Source: Octopus bimaculoides (Eukaryota). From it: a DNA stretch of 64,000 nucleotides. The notes under the pieces are model-generated. The model searched no databases. It saw only the letters and a list, made by a program, of their open reading frames with translations, and was not told the origin of the DNA. Position 1 is the first letter of the stretch; each line of letters begins with the position of its first letter. A program made the translations under genes and the position numbers. This document shows positions 13,203 to 26,409 of the stretch, piece after piece. The DNA is taken from NCBI RefSeq assembly GCF_001194135.2, contig NC_068991.1:10338221-10402220 (forward strand), in the 5' to 3' direction.

Positions 13203-13846
13203 TATACATCCTCACAGATGACCTGCATTAGACTCCTCACTCATACTATTATCAAACCGGGAGTCTAACAGCGGTCCTTTTGTTGTACTTACATAGCCTT
13301 ACCCGGCTTTTGGATCTTCTAGATACCAAAACCTCTCATATATATATACATCATCATCATCATCATTTAACGTCCGCTTTCCATGCTAGCATGGGTTGGA
13401 CGATTTGACTGAGGACTGGCAAGCCAGAAGGCTGCACCAGGCTCCAATCTGATCTGGCAGAGTTTCTACAGCTGGATGCCCTTCCTAACACCAACCACTC
13501 TGAGAGTGTAGTGGGTGCTTTTACGTGCCACTGGCACGAGGGCCAGTCACACAGTACTGGCAACAGCCACACTCAAAAGGGTGTTTTCTATGGGCCACCT
13601 TCACAGGAGCCAGTCCAGCTGGCCCTGGCAACCTCACTCGAATGATTTTCTAACGTGCCACCAGCACAAGTGCTAGAAGGCGTCGCTGGTAACGATTATG
13701 CTCAAACGGTGCTATTTACGGGCCACTAGCACGGAAGCCAGACAGCTGCTCTGGCAATGAACATGCTCAGACAGTGCTGTTAGTGCTCCACTGGCACAGG
13801 TGCCAGTCATCGAGCATGGTTCAATTTCGATTGAACCATACTCGAT

Positions 13847-13894
<48 letters not shown>

Positions 13895-14252
13895 TTTTCT
13901 ATATCTATATCTGTTGTATTCTGTTATGTCCTAACAAACAAGCAGAAACAAAGATGATAGAGATTTTAAAAAAAGAGAGAAAACTGGGAAGTTTATCAAA
14001 TGTTGAACTGTTCGTAGTAGCAGTCATTAAAAGTCATCATTCTTAATTGCTCATTAATCCATTAATCTTACTTTGCCAGCTTCGTTATATAATCTACAGT
14101 AATCCTATCCCTTCACCCCTCTTACCTCTCTCTGCTCCACACACACACACACACACACACAATTCACTCAATTTTTCTATCCTTCTCCATACGTCAGAGT
14201 GTACCTTGGTGAATATGTGTGTATATGCATCTGCATGTGATTGCTTGGGTTC

Positions 14253-14287
<35 letters not shown>

Positions 14288-15560
14288 CATGAGTGCTTGG
14301 ACCTTCGTCTATATGTTGATGTATAAACATAATTGTTCATTCATATGTATGCCATCACTATGTATGTGTGTGTGTGTGNNNNNNNNNNATAATTGTTCAT
14401 TCATATGTATGCCATCACTATGTATGTGTGTGTGTGTGTGTTTTGTGTGTGTGCATATGTGTGTGTATTTATATAAGTGTGTGTACACAGGGATATATGT
14501 ATGTATGTGCATGTGTGTTACCAACACAAATCTTGTATACTGACTCGGTCAACTCCCAGATTAGTCCTCTCCTCTCCATCACCACCACCACCACCACCAC
14601 CACCACTGTAATGAAATAATTCATTATAATTAGGAAGTTATGCGATAGATTGTGACAAATTAGTTTCAACCTGAAATATTTCGATATTCTAAACAATGAG
14701 GCACCTGCTTTTATAGGTGGCTCTGACTGGTGTGCTGATAGTTTGAGCTCAAGGTCAGGAAGTGGAGTGTGTTAATTAACCTGAGAACTAATCAGCTTTT
14801 GTACAACAACAACAGCAACAACGACAACAATAGGAAGTGGTTGAGAATCTACCAAAGTACTAGGCTTTTGGAATGGAAGTAACAGTATGTGGGGCATGAA
14901 AGTAAATAAAATCATTACCAGTAATAAATGGGGCACTAGGTTTGATTTAAAAAAAAAAATTATGGAAAATAATGCGTGGCGGTTACCAGACCGCCGGACT
15001 GGCCCTCGTGCCGGTGGCATGTAAAAAGCACCCACTAGGCTCTTGGAGTGGTTGGTGTTAGGAAGGGCATCCAGCTGTAGAAACTCTACCTGATCAGATT
15101 GGAGCCTGGTGCAGCCATCTGGTTTGCCAGTCCTCAGTCAAATCGCCCAACCCATGCCAGCATGGAAAGCGGACGTTAAACGATGATGATGATGATGGAA
15201 GGCGGCAAGTTGGCAGAATCGTTAGCACCCTCCTCTCTCTTCTTTTGCATGCTACTTCACTCAGTGCAACTTGCACTTTGCACTTGGTGCATTGCTATCT
15301 ATTAAATAACAAAGACTGGGCCTTTTTATAGTTTTTGATTTTGTAAAAATATGGATGACATGAAGTGACACAAAAAAACAAGAAGAAGGTACAAGGTGCA
15401 GAGAAGGAATGAGCTGAGAGACGAAACATGAGCTTAAGCATAGGAACAACGGTGGAGAAGAGAAATGAGGCTGAAAGAGAACATTTCCTTCATCANNNNN
15501 NNNNNNNNNNNNNNNNNNNNNNNNNNNNNNNNNNNNNNNNNNNNNNNNNNNNNNNNNNNN

Positions 15561-15612
<52 letters not shown>

Positions 15613-17770
15613 AGTTTCAGAAAACTAATTATTGTGTTTTAATTGTTATCACCCATGGAATTCTTATGGGTTCAACTAGTTGGCAGAGTCATGGCTGTGT
15701 GATAGAAGCTTGCTTCCCGACCACATGGTTCCAGGTTCAGTCCCACTGTGTGACATCTTGGGCGATGTCTTAAACCAAAGCCTTGTGAGTGGATTTGGTT
15801 GACAGAAACTGAAAGAAACCCATCATGTGTGTGTGTGTGTTTATGCCTGTTTGTCTCCTACCTCCACTTGACAACTGGTGTTGGTGTGTTTCTGTCTCTG
15901 TAACTTAGCAGTTCAGCAAAAGAGACCAATAGAATAAGTACCAGGCTTAAAAAAAGAAACATATGTAAAAGGGTTGATTCACTTGACTAAAAATTCTTCA
16001 AGGCACTGCCCCAGAAGGACCATAATTATTGACTGAAACGTAAAAGACAAAAAAACAAATAGTTTATATAATTTCTGTACAAAAGATCACTTTATCATTT
16101 TTTTGTTATATGATTTTTTTTTCTTTTCTACTTAATTATCAAATATTATCTTTTTGTTTGTCCTAATAACTAGTGTGTACCTTGATAAAACCAAGACATG
16201 ATAAAGCCTTCCCCTTTCCTCTGCCACTACACCCCCACCTCTTCAACTACTGGGTCACATATATATATAAAAAGTTGATTACTTAAATAAACAATTACTC
16301 CAGAATAATTGGTGTTTCTAGATCTTATTCAACACAGAAATCTTTAAAAATTTACTGTAAGTAACTTAATGTTGTCTCTTTTGAAATACTCTCTTTTCGA
16401 ACTTGCATTTGTACTGTTTATGTGACAAATAAGGGCTGAGGAAGCCTATGATCCTAACACTATCTGCCACCTTGTGGCCTCTAATGATAGCTTTTTTATT
16501 TTTTCCATCTTGTTCTACTCTGCTGTATAGAGAATCGGCTCTTGTCCATATATATACTAGTTTATCACAGAAGCTGCTGCTTGTAGGTAACCAACATAAT
16601 TTCCCAAATGAAAATTACTTCTAGCTTGACAACATGCAGCTTTTGTGGCTCCTAAGGGTAGCTTTCTGGTTTGCATTAAAAATACATTTATGTTAATGAC
16701 ACCGAATTGTACAGTCATGGGAAAACTGCAATGCGTGTGATTTCCTGAGTGACATGTTAAATTTCATAAGAAAATAACATGTGTAATTGTTTAAGTAGTA
16801 CAGCTCACTTGATCGTGAACCATGCCTCATGTGGCCTGCTTCTCAAAATTGTTGCAGGCATAGCTGTATGATAAAAAGCTTGCTTCCAAACCACATGGTT
16901 CTGAGATCAGTCTCATTGCGTGGCACCTTGGGCAAGTGTCTTCTACTATAGCATCAGGTCAACCAAAGCCTTGTGAGTGGATTCAGTCGATGGAAACTGA
17001 AAGGAGCCTGTCATATATGTGTGTGTCTTTGTATCTGTGTTTGTCCCCCACCGTTGCTTGACAAATGATGTTAATGTGTTTATGTAACTTAACAGTTTGG
17101 CAAAAGAAACCAATAAAAATAAATACTAGGCTTCAAAAAAAAAAAAAAAAAGAAGCACTGGGATTTGATCATTCGACAAAAAATTCTCCAAGGTAGTGCT
17201 CCAGCATGGCCACAGTCTACTGACTGAAACAAGTGAAAGATAGAAGATAAAAAATACCTGGTATAGTATTCTTTTTTTTAAAGTTCTTAAATTATTTAAA
17301 TGAGTCATTAAAAGTTACAAAAAATTTTTTAATGAGTTGTTTAAATAATTAAGAACTTTAAAAAAAATACTACCCTACTTCTGACCTCCATCTTTGTCAA
17401 TGTACCCACCCCCGCCGCCACACTTCACATTATCTCCCTATTTCTCATTATCTACAGCTTTATGATACTGTTGCTCTCTACCCACCAACCCACCCCTTTT
17501 CATGTAGTACCACCAACCACTTCCTTCTCCTTAAGCCACGGCGATTTTCTTTACATTCCCACAAACTGAAGGCAAACAGCTTTATGGTTAAAGTGTTCAG
17601 CTCAGGATCATAAGACTGTGGGTTCAATTCTTGGTGGTATGTTGTCTCCTTGAGCAAGACACTTTATTTCATGCTACTACAGTCAACTCAGCTGACGAAA
17701 ATGACTTGTACCTGTGATTCAAAGGGCCAGCTTTGTCACATTCTGTGTGTCATGCTGAATATCCCTAAGG

Positions 17771-17956
17771 AGGAATTTCAACCATGTTTCGTGGTCTGCT
17801 ACCACAACAGCTCCTTTATAGGATCCAGTTAGCTCAAGACATCATCAGGAGGAACCACGTCCAGTTTCGGCCCCTACTCCTCTACTGTTTTGACGTGGCG
17901 GAGCCCCCACTTTTGGAGGTGTCTTCAGCTCTGGTGTTGGGTGCATGTCTTCTTTC
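17771..17956 (+). repeat. Unclassified repeat; inverted twin at 30920-31105
   Basis: 186 bp with about 7 mismatches to the reverse complement of 30920-31105. Confidence 0.8.
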
Positions 17957-18237
17957 TTCTATTCCCTGGCCTCTTCGATGCAGCATCAATGAGTGTCAGC
18001 GTCCGACTGACTGTCTTGTCAAATTCCCCTTTTTATACATTAAAAGTATGAATGTCCAAGTCAAATAACCACATAGATTCTCCTTAAAAACTTCAACACA
18101 ACCAATTTATTGTTCTTGCATGAAAAAGTACTTTATTGTCTTATATTTTATATTTTCTTTTACATTATTTACTTTTAATAATGTCTCACGATATTTTGGT
18201 GGGTAAATCTAGTTATGCTCCAGTGAAGAACTCAAAG

Positions 18238-18390
18238 ATGTCAACAGCAACGACGGAGAATATCTTAAATGAAGTCTTTGGACTGATTGAGAAACATGGA
18301 GAAAATGAATATTTTGGAGAACCAGTCAGTATTAAGGAACACATGATCCAGTGTGCCATGTTAGCTGAAGAAGAGAATTATTCTAAAGAG
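18238..18390 (+). CDS. phnZ: PhnZ-like HD-domain diiron phosphonate oxygenase, coding exon 1
   Basis: MSTATTENILNEVFGLIEKHGENEYFGEPVSIKEHMIQCAMLAEEENYSKE then GTGAGT donor at 18391 (phase 0). YFGE...EHxxQCA matches PhnZ YIGE...EHSLQCA. An in-frame upstream ATG at 18181 is an alternative start. Confidence 0.88.
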
Positions 18391-18633
18391 GTGAGTTAAT
18401 GAACATTGTTGCTGTTATTGACCTACCTTCCAGGTATTGTGTAATTCAGATTGTGTTATCCAGTGTGTTTATGCATATATGTGTATGTGTATTGGTTGTA
18501 CCTATTTGGATATGAGAGGTATGGCCTCAAACCTCTGGTCTGGTTTTTTATTTCCTGCAAAATTGTGCTACTGTTGATAATTTGCATAATGGAAATATAT
18601 ACTAAGCATTTAACACCTGTTATTGTGTTTCTT

Positions 18634-18856
18634 ATTTCTTTATTGCCCACAAGGGGCTAAACATAGAGGGGACAAACAAGAACAGACAAAGGGATTAAGT
18701 TGATTACATCGACCCCAGTGCATAACTGGTACTTAATTTATCGACCCCGAAAGGATGAAAGGCAAAGTCGACCTCGGCGGAATTTGAACTCAGAACGAAA
18801 CGGCAGACGAAATACCGCTAAGCATTTCGCCCGGTGTGCTAACGATTCTACCAGCT
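18634..18856 (-). mobile_element. tRNA-derived SINE family B (gagttcaaattcc B-box; gcctttcatcctttcggggtcgataaattaag domain), full copy with TSD
   Basis: Flanked by the direct repeat cacctgttattgtgtttctt (18614-18633 and 18857-18876). Other copies at 28678-28910(+), 57701-57828(+), 58858-58960(-), 63530-63725(-), plus (TTA)n-tailed variants at about 7680-8820, 29000-29200, 47270-47450, 52850-53360 and 61960-62190. Confidence 0.85.
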
Positions 18857-21207
18857 CACCTGTTATTGTGTTTCTTGTTGGACACTGAAGTGGTTATGAG
18901 CAAGGTTATATAATATTTCAACAATGATTATGTAATCATGAAAGAAATTAGTTGAAACAGCAGCCACCCTCTTGACCCAAGGCAGCACTACTCCTCCAGG
19001 GACTTGATGTTGGCTTCCGTGTTGAGTCTGAGGCCATGTGGGAAGATGAATGGAGGTATAATGTCACCATAACTAGTGGTCATTCCAAACACCATGATGT
19101 TGACTGGATGTTTAATTTTTATATCTCTCGGTACATGTCCTCAGATTGACACCCAAACACTCTGAAATGTTTGTATTGGAGCTTCTGGCATGAATGCCAA
19201 GCAGTACAGTATCTCGTTTCCCAATTTCCAAAAGAAAATAAATATTAGGGTTGATTCATTCGACTAAAAATTCTTCAAAGGTGGAACCACAGCATGGCTT
19301 CAATCTAACAACTGAAACAAAGAGAAGCTAAAAAAAAAAAAAAATAGAATGCTACAAAGCAAAATATATTAGCAAGGGGACTAAAATTTACTCCCAACTT
19401 TCTGTTGATCTAATTCCATCATCATTTAACATCCATTTTTCCATGCTTGCATTAGTGATAGAAATTAAATTTTCCATCACTGGATGCTTTTTCTGTCACC
19501 AAACCTCACCTGTTTCCAAGCAAGGTGGAAATGAGCAACTCTACTTGTATGATGATGATGCTCGTTTACAACCATCATGTGACGTCTTCACAAGGTTATA
19601 AACACACACACAGATATACAAAGAGCTTCTTTCAGTTTCCCCTCAACCAAATCCACTCAAGCCTTTGATCAGTCTGGGGCCAAAGCAGATGACACTTGCC
19701 CAAGGTGCCATGCAGTGGGACTGAACACATACTTATGTGCTCGGGTAGCAAGATTCTTAACTAAACAGCCACACCTGTGCCTAAAATGAAATTAAATATG
19801 ATATTTCACAATTTGTAGAAAATTGAAACTCACAGAAAGATTATTTGCTAAGAATAATAAGTATGGTGAATGGCATGTTAGGAACAAAAACAATGATTTT
19901 TCACCCAAAAGTTGGAGTAAAAAAAACTTAAATATTTTTGTGATCACATTTTGAATTTTCCATCTAATGTCATAGATAACCAAAGACTTAAGTCAAACGT
20001 CATCACTGCTGATGACAGAAGAAAGATAACAAATTGGCAATTAAAGAAGCTGATAAAGGAAGTGCAGTTATATTGATTGTTCATGAATACTAAATGTTAT
20101 AAAAATTTTGTTTTATCCATGCTAGAAGACAATGTACACTACAGAAGGGTTATAAATTACAACCAACACAAATTGATGGAGAACCATCATCATCATCATT
20201 ACCATCATTGTTTAACATCCATCTTCCATACGTGCATGGGTAGGACAGTTCACAGGAGCTGGTCAGGTAGAAAAACTTCTCTATGCTGCTCTGTTTTGGC
20301 AGGGTTTTTATAATTGGATGCCCTTCCTAACGCCAACCACCCCACAGAGTGGACTCTGTGCTTTTTACGGTGCACTAGCAAGGGCAAGGTTAGTTTTGGC
20401 ATGATTTTTACAGCTGGATGCCCTTCCAAATGCCAACCACTTTACAGTTGGACTGGATGCTTTTTACATGACACCAACATTGGCAGGGTCACATGTATCT
20501 TACAATTTTGTTACACTTGTACCAAAAAGGGGGAAGGTGCTTGACTTAGTGTTTAATGTATTTGGCTCACAATCATAGAGTTGTGAGTTTGGTTTCTACA
20601 GCTGAGTGCCCTTCCTAAAACCAACCCCTTCTCCACTGCAGTTTATCAACATCGTTATTATTATCATCATCATGGCTATTATAATTATACCTGAGTTACT
20701 TCCTCTCACCGGTCTTTATACTGTGTCCATGACCAAGACAACTGCTTATCAACGGTACTGTTTACCTTGCTATAAGTTGGTACCACTATTTACCAATAGC
20801 AGCAGCAGCAACAGTAGTACCTTTGGCAAGGCATAATATAAGAACCACCCAACTGAGGGCAACAACCATTTAACCCTCACCTCTTTGATTGAAAGTTTCC
20901 TAATAGACACCACAACAGAATGAATGTGGTTATCTCTGGTGTACCACCACCATCACCACCACCACCACTACCACTATCACCACTAATATCATCGTCATCA
21001 TCAGATTATGCTCAGTTTAAAAATTACTCGTCCAGTTAATAGACACACACATACGAAAAAAAAAAAAAATCCACCAACCACATCATCAGAGCCACCCAAC
21101 CATCCATACATAATCATTAAAAAAAAACTGGATTAAGGGTGGAGTTAATCTCATTGAGATAATCCTCTTAAAACTGTTGTTCTTCTTGTTTGTGTTCTTC
21201 TCTTCCC

Positions 21208-21246
<39 letters not shown>

Positions 21247-21337
21247 CACATACATACATATATATATACATACATATATACATATATTTATATATATATA
21301 CATACATACATACATATATTTATATATATATACATAC

Positions 21338-21424
<87 letters not shown>

Positions 21425-22391
21425 TATCTATACATACATATATATATAAATATATATACACACATATATATAAGAGTGTAATGGGCGCTTTTTTATGTGC
21501 CACTGGCATAGATGCCAGTTATTTGACATCAGCATTGGCCACAACTATGATTTCACTTGGTTTAATGAATTTTCTCAAGCATGGCATAATGCCAAAGGTC
21601 TTGTTCACTTATCACTTCTGTAGGGCCCAACACTTGATGGGTTCTTTTTATGCACCACCAGCACAGCCACGACTACTTTTTCACTTGGCTTCATGGGTTT
21701 TCTCAAGCACTGGATATCGCCCAAATTGTTTTGAATTTATGAAGCTTATTCGAGAATTCAATGATGCAATTGTTTATCTTTAAAATGACATTGTAGGGTA
21801 GGTGTGAGAGATCAGATCTGGCCAGTTTGAACCTAAAACATGTAGCATATTTGACCCAGATATGACAAGTTTAAATGCTAAAAGATTAAATCTACTGCAG
21901 TGGGGCCAGGCTTTTCAGTGATTTATTCTGTGTCCAGCATGGAGAATGAACATCTGACTCTGGCGATGGCGCTGGTGGTGGCAGCTGCAACAGTAGCAGT
22001 GTTGGTAGTGGTTATGGCATCAGAGGTGAAGTAGTAGTAGTAGTAGTTGTTGTGCAACACTGCCTGAAGGATGGCGGAAAAAATGTGAGTGTGATGTCAT
22101 CTGTATATGTTTTGCAACAATTTGGACAATACAAAAAGGGTCAAATATATATTGTTTGAAAAGAGTGGGTGAGATGTACCCCTGTGACAGATCATTCACA
22201 AAACTGCAAGTTCTGGGAGTTTTGCCTTTGTATAACTGTGCAGGCTAGGCAATCTAACAAGCAATTTGCTAGTCAGCATTTCATTTTGTTATTTTGAGTA
22301 ATTTCGGTAGGAGTGGATAAAGAGGAATGGTAGCAAAAAACTTATGTTTTGGAATTATTGGTTATGTTCTTTGCCTTACTATGTGTTTCAG

Positions 22392-22617
22392 GTCATTCTT
22401 GGAGCATTCTTCCATGACTTTGGACATTTCCTGCAAATGGAAGGGAAACAGAATCTAATGATTGTTGATGGTGTTGTCTTGGGGACATCAAACCATGAAA
22501 AAATCGCAGCAGAGTATCTGGAAGCCAGGAATTTCTCTCCCATCATTTGCAACATTGCCAGACACCATGTGAATGCTAAGAGATATCTTGTTTTCAAGAA
22601 TAAATCCTATTATGAGT
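22392..22617 (+). CDS. phnZ: PhnZ-like oxygenase, coding exon 2 (HD motif)
   Basis: tttcag acceptor ends 22391; VILGAFFHDFGH...NHEKIAAEYL...HHVNAKRYL...YYE; GTGAGT donor at 22618 (phase 1). HDxGH, HE and HVxAKRYL are PhnZ/TmpB signatures. Confidence 0.92.
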
Positions 22618-23135
22618 GTGAGTAGCTTCTAACGTGATCTTTCTGTTTAAAATGATCCTTTATGAGTCAATGTGGTAGAATGTATATAGCCACTCAACCT
22701 GCTAGAAATACCAGCTAAATTTCTCATAACTTGCGCCTTACCATATTAAGTAATATATTGAATGAACCAATGAAGGAGTCTTTATATAGTCATTTTGGTC
22801 TCTGAGAAATAGCTGCCAAATCTCCCTCTGAATACATTCTGCCACCTTAGAAAAGAATACTTGGGATAGCATGGTTCTAAGCATACTGGGCCTAGCAAAA
22901 AGGTAGAATGATCAAGGCTGGAATGTCTCTGATCAAAAGTGTGAATATTTTATGTATGTATGTGTGCGTGTGCGTTGGATTGGCTGTGTGGTAAGTAGCT
23001 TGCTTCCCAGCCACAAGGTTGCGGGTTCAGTCCCACTGCGTGGCACCTTGGGCAAGTGTCTTCTACTATAGCCTCAGGCTGACCAAAGCCTTGTGAGTGG
23101 ATTTGGTAGATGGAAACTGAAAGAAGCCCATCGTA

Positions 23136-23166
<31 letters not shown>

Positions 23167-23663
23167 NNNNNNNNNNNNNNNNNNNNNNNNNNNNNNNNNN
23201 NNNNNNNNNNNNNNNNNNNNNNNNNNNNNNNNNNNNNNNNNNNNNNNNNNNNNNNNNNNNNNNNNNNNNNNNNNNNNNNNNNNNNNNNNNNNNNNNNNNN
23301 NNNNNNNNNNNNNNNNNNNNNNNNNNNNNNNNNNNNNNNNNNNNNNNNNNNNNNNNNNNNNNNNNNNNNNNNNNNNNNNNNNNNNNNNNNNNNNNNNNNN
23401 NNNNNNNNNNNNNNNNNNNNNNNNNNNNNNNNNNNNNNNNNNNNNNNNNNNNNNNNNNNNNNNNNNNNNNNNNNNNNNNNNNNNNNNNNNNNNNNNNNNN
23501 NNNNNNNNNNNNNNNNNNNNNNNNNNNNNNNNNNNNNNNNNNNNNNNNNNNNNNNNNNNNNNNNNNNNNNNNNNNNNNNNNNNNNNNNNNNNNNNNNNNN
23601 NNNNNNNNNNNNNNNNNNNNNNNNNNNNNNNNNNNNNNNNNNNNNNNNNNNNNNNNNNNNNNN

Positions 23664-23736
23664 AAAAGATCCCAACAAGGTTCTTAAACCAATCGAATAT
23701 TATCGAAATATGTGTGCAGACATTCTCAAGAAATGA
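23664..23736 (+). CDS. phnZ: PhnZ-like oxygenase, visible 3' part of last coding exon (5' part in N-gap 23167-23663)
   Basis: Immediately after the gap: KDPNKVLKPIEYYRNMCADILKK-TGA (23734-23736), resembling the PhnZ C-terminus K..dlkVP..EhYRkMm. The start of the exon is unsequenced. Confidence 0.75.
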
Positions 23737-23773
23737 ATTGGAGACATTTGGAATTTGGACAGTTTCTGGAATT

Positions 23774-23807
<34 letters not shown>

Positions 23808-26409
23808 GGAAAGAGAGAGAGTGGGGAGAGGAAAGCAGTGCTGCAACATACACAAACACCTCAGACTTCACCCTGAAAATTCAGCTTCCTGTTTGCCGCC
23901 AGGTAACATTTCAGCCCTGGCAAGTTGTTGAACCTGTCAAATCTTAAGTAATATTCATATTGAAGCAGTGCCCTTATTTTATCTGCTATGGTATCGCTGT
24001 TGCACACACAAATACATACCTTAGGCTGTTATAACCCTTTGGTATTTAAACTGTCCAGATCTGGCCTTTTACACCTACCCTACAAAGTCATTCTAAAACA
24101 TAAAATTCCACATCGTCGAATTCTTGAAGCTACAAGATAATGCTTGATTAATTGAAAACAATGTGATTAAACAAGCATTACATTTGACAGAATTATCTGA
24201 ATGCTAAAGGATTAAAAAAAATGCTGATTCTCTGACTGGATTACCAAAGATTCATTCAGTCACACATTGGTTCGTAGATATGCTAACCATTCTAGCTCTC
24301 ATTTCTGAAATTACAATTGTGTCATTTGTGCCAAACTGTTCTGCGCTCTCTCCATCCCATGCTAAGCCGTTGCGCTGTCACATCCTTCTTTCATCATTTG
24401 TACTGCATCACATTCACTTTACCAAACATAGTTCTTCATCTTTTTCCAGAAATGTGTGCTTTATAGTTCCAAACAGCAACAAAATTCTAAGAATATAGTA
24501 TATTCTTAAATACTATCATAGGCAATGGAAACATAATTGTATAAATTAATGCAATATTTTGGAAATAAAGAAATTGCGTTCTTTTTATCTTTTACTTTTT
24601 ACTTATTTCAGTCATCGGACTGCAGCCATGCTGGAGCAAAACCCTCAACTCTGGGAGTGGTTTTGTTGCAAGTTGACAAGAGTTGCAACAAATGTTGAAG
24701 GGACATAACTCTTAACTTAATCACCTGCTTGATTCGTTTCATCTGTTTCACAACGACCATAAACTGGATGTGTCAATTCACCTCCAACAATAGAGAGCAG
24801 TTGCCATACTTCATTCCATAATGGCTACCTCTGAAGAGCACGGGTTACATAACGTGACTGTTACCTAACACTCTGTATAACCCCTACTGTGAAACCGATT
24901 GGTAAGATCAGCTGTAATGGCTATATAATACTGTACACTTCGATTAATATATATACATATATTAAAAAAAAAACATATATATAATTTGATAAGTGCCTTC
25001 ATCAACAACAACAGATGAACATTTTATATATATGTATATCCATCTATACCTATACATGTGTATATTTTTTACTTGTTTCAGTCATTAGACTGTGAACACG
25101 CTGGGGCACCGCCTTGAAGAATTTTTTAGTTGAATGAATCTGACTTCAGTGCTTATCATTTTTAAGCCTGGTACTAATTCTATCAGTCTCTCTGTCTCTC
25201 TCTCTCTATATATATATATATATTTGTATGTATATATATTTATATATGTACCTATAAAATGTAAGCATATAGGAAAAGAGATATATAAGTACCCACATAT
25301 CCGCGCGCACACACACACACACAGATTCATTGTACCCTATTTACATAATCATTATGATAACAAAAACCTATAAGCTGCTCAGTGTTTCACACCTTTAATC
25401 TACTTGATTTGTATTTACCTTCTCGTTAATTATTATTGTTCTAGTAGTGGTGGTCATCATGGTGTAAGCGGTGATGGTGAAAATGATGACGGTGGAGGTG
25501 GAACTAATTGTAGAGGTTCTAGTAGAATGGTGGTAATTATGATGAAGGTATTGATATTAATATTAGTGATGGTGTTAGTTGTGGTGGCTGTGGTAGTGGT
25601 GGTGGCGATGGTTGTGGTGACAATGGTAATAATGGTGATGGTAGTAGTGGTGGTAGTGATGGTAGTGGTTGTGGTAGTAGTGATGATTGTGGTACAAGAT
25701 AGCAGCTTAAGTGAATAGAAAAATAGAATCTTCAACCATGTGACAATAGTAGTAGTAGTAGAAGTAGTAGAGGTTGTGGTGGTGACCCTGAAAGGATAAA
25801 AAGAAATGTTAACCCCAGTGGAATTTGAACTCCAGATGAAATGCCACTAAGCAGTTTGTCTGGCATGCTAACAATTCTACCAGCTCACTGCTTTAATGAT
25901 AATCCTTTCCAGTACAAGGGTGGTGAGCTGGCAGAATCATTAGCACACCAGACGAAATGCTTAGCAGTATTTTGTCCATCTTTACATTCTGAGTTCAAAT
26001 TCCACCGAAGTCAACTTTGCCTTTCATCCTTTTCGGGTTGATTAAATAAGTACCAGTTATGCACTGGGGTTATTGTAATTGACTTAATGTTTGTCCCCTC
26101 TGTGTTTAGCTCCCTGTGGGCAATAAAGAAATAGATAATCCTTTCCAGTATAGGCATCATCATCATTGTTTAACGTCCGCTTTCCATGCTAGCATGGGTT
26201 GGACAATTTGACTGAGGACTGGTGAAACCAGAAGGCTACACCAGGCTCCAATCTGATTTGGCAGAGTTTCTACAGCTGGATGCCCTTCCTAACGCCAACC
26301 ACTCAGAGTGTAGGCATAAGGCCTGAAATTTTGTGGGAGGGGGCTTGTTGGTTACATTGACCCCACAGTACTTGATTAGTACTGTGTTTTGTCTATTCCA
26401 AAAGGATAA

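Noticed and set aside
13520-13810. Regularly recurring gtgccac(c/t)ggcac motifs, superficially CRISPR-like (also 21480-21720, 39960-40200, 48690-48840)
   Set aside because: Internal sub-repeats of long family-A SINE variants in a eukaryote; the spacers are related to each other and there are no cas genes.
14328-14440. Direct duplication of about 50 bp around a 10-N gap
   Set aside because: Typical contig-overlap artefact.
25404-25760. Val/Thr-rich ORFs from (GGT/AGT)n, also 62940-63300
   Set aside because: Degenerate trinucleotide repeats with no exon structure.
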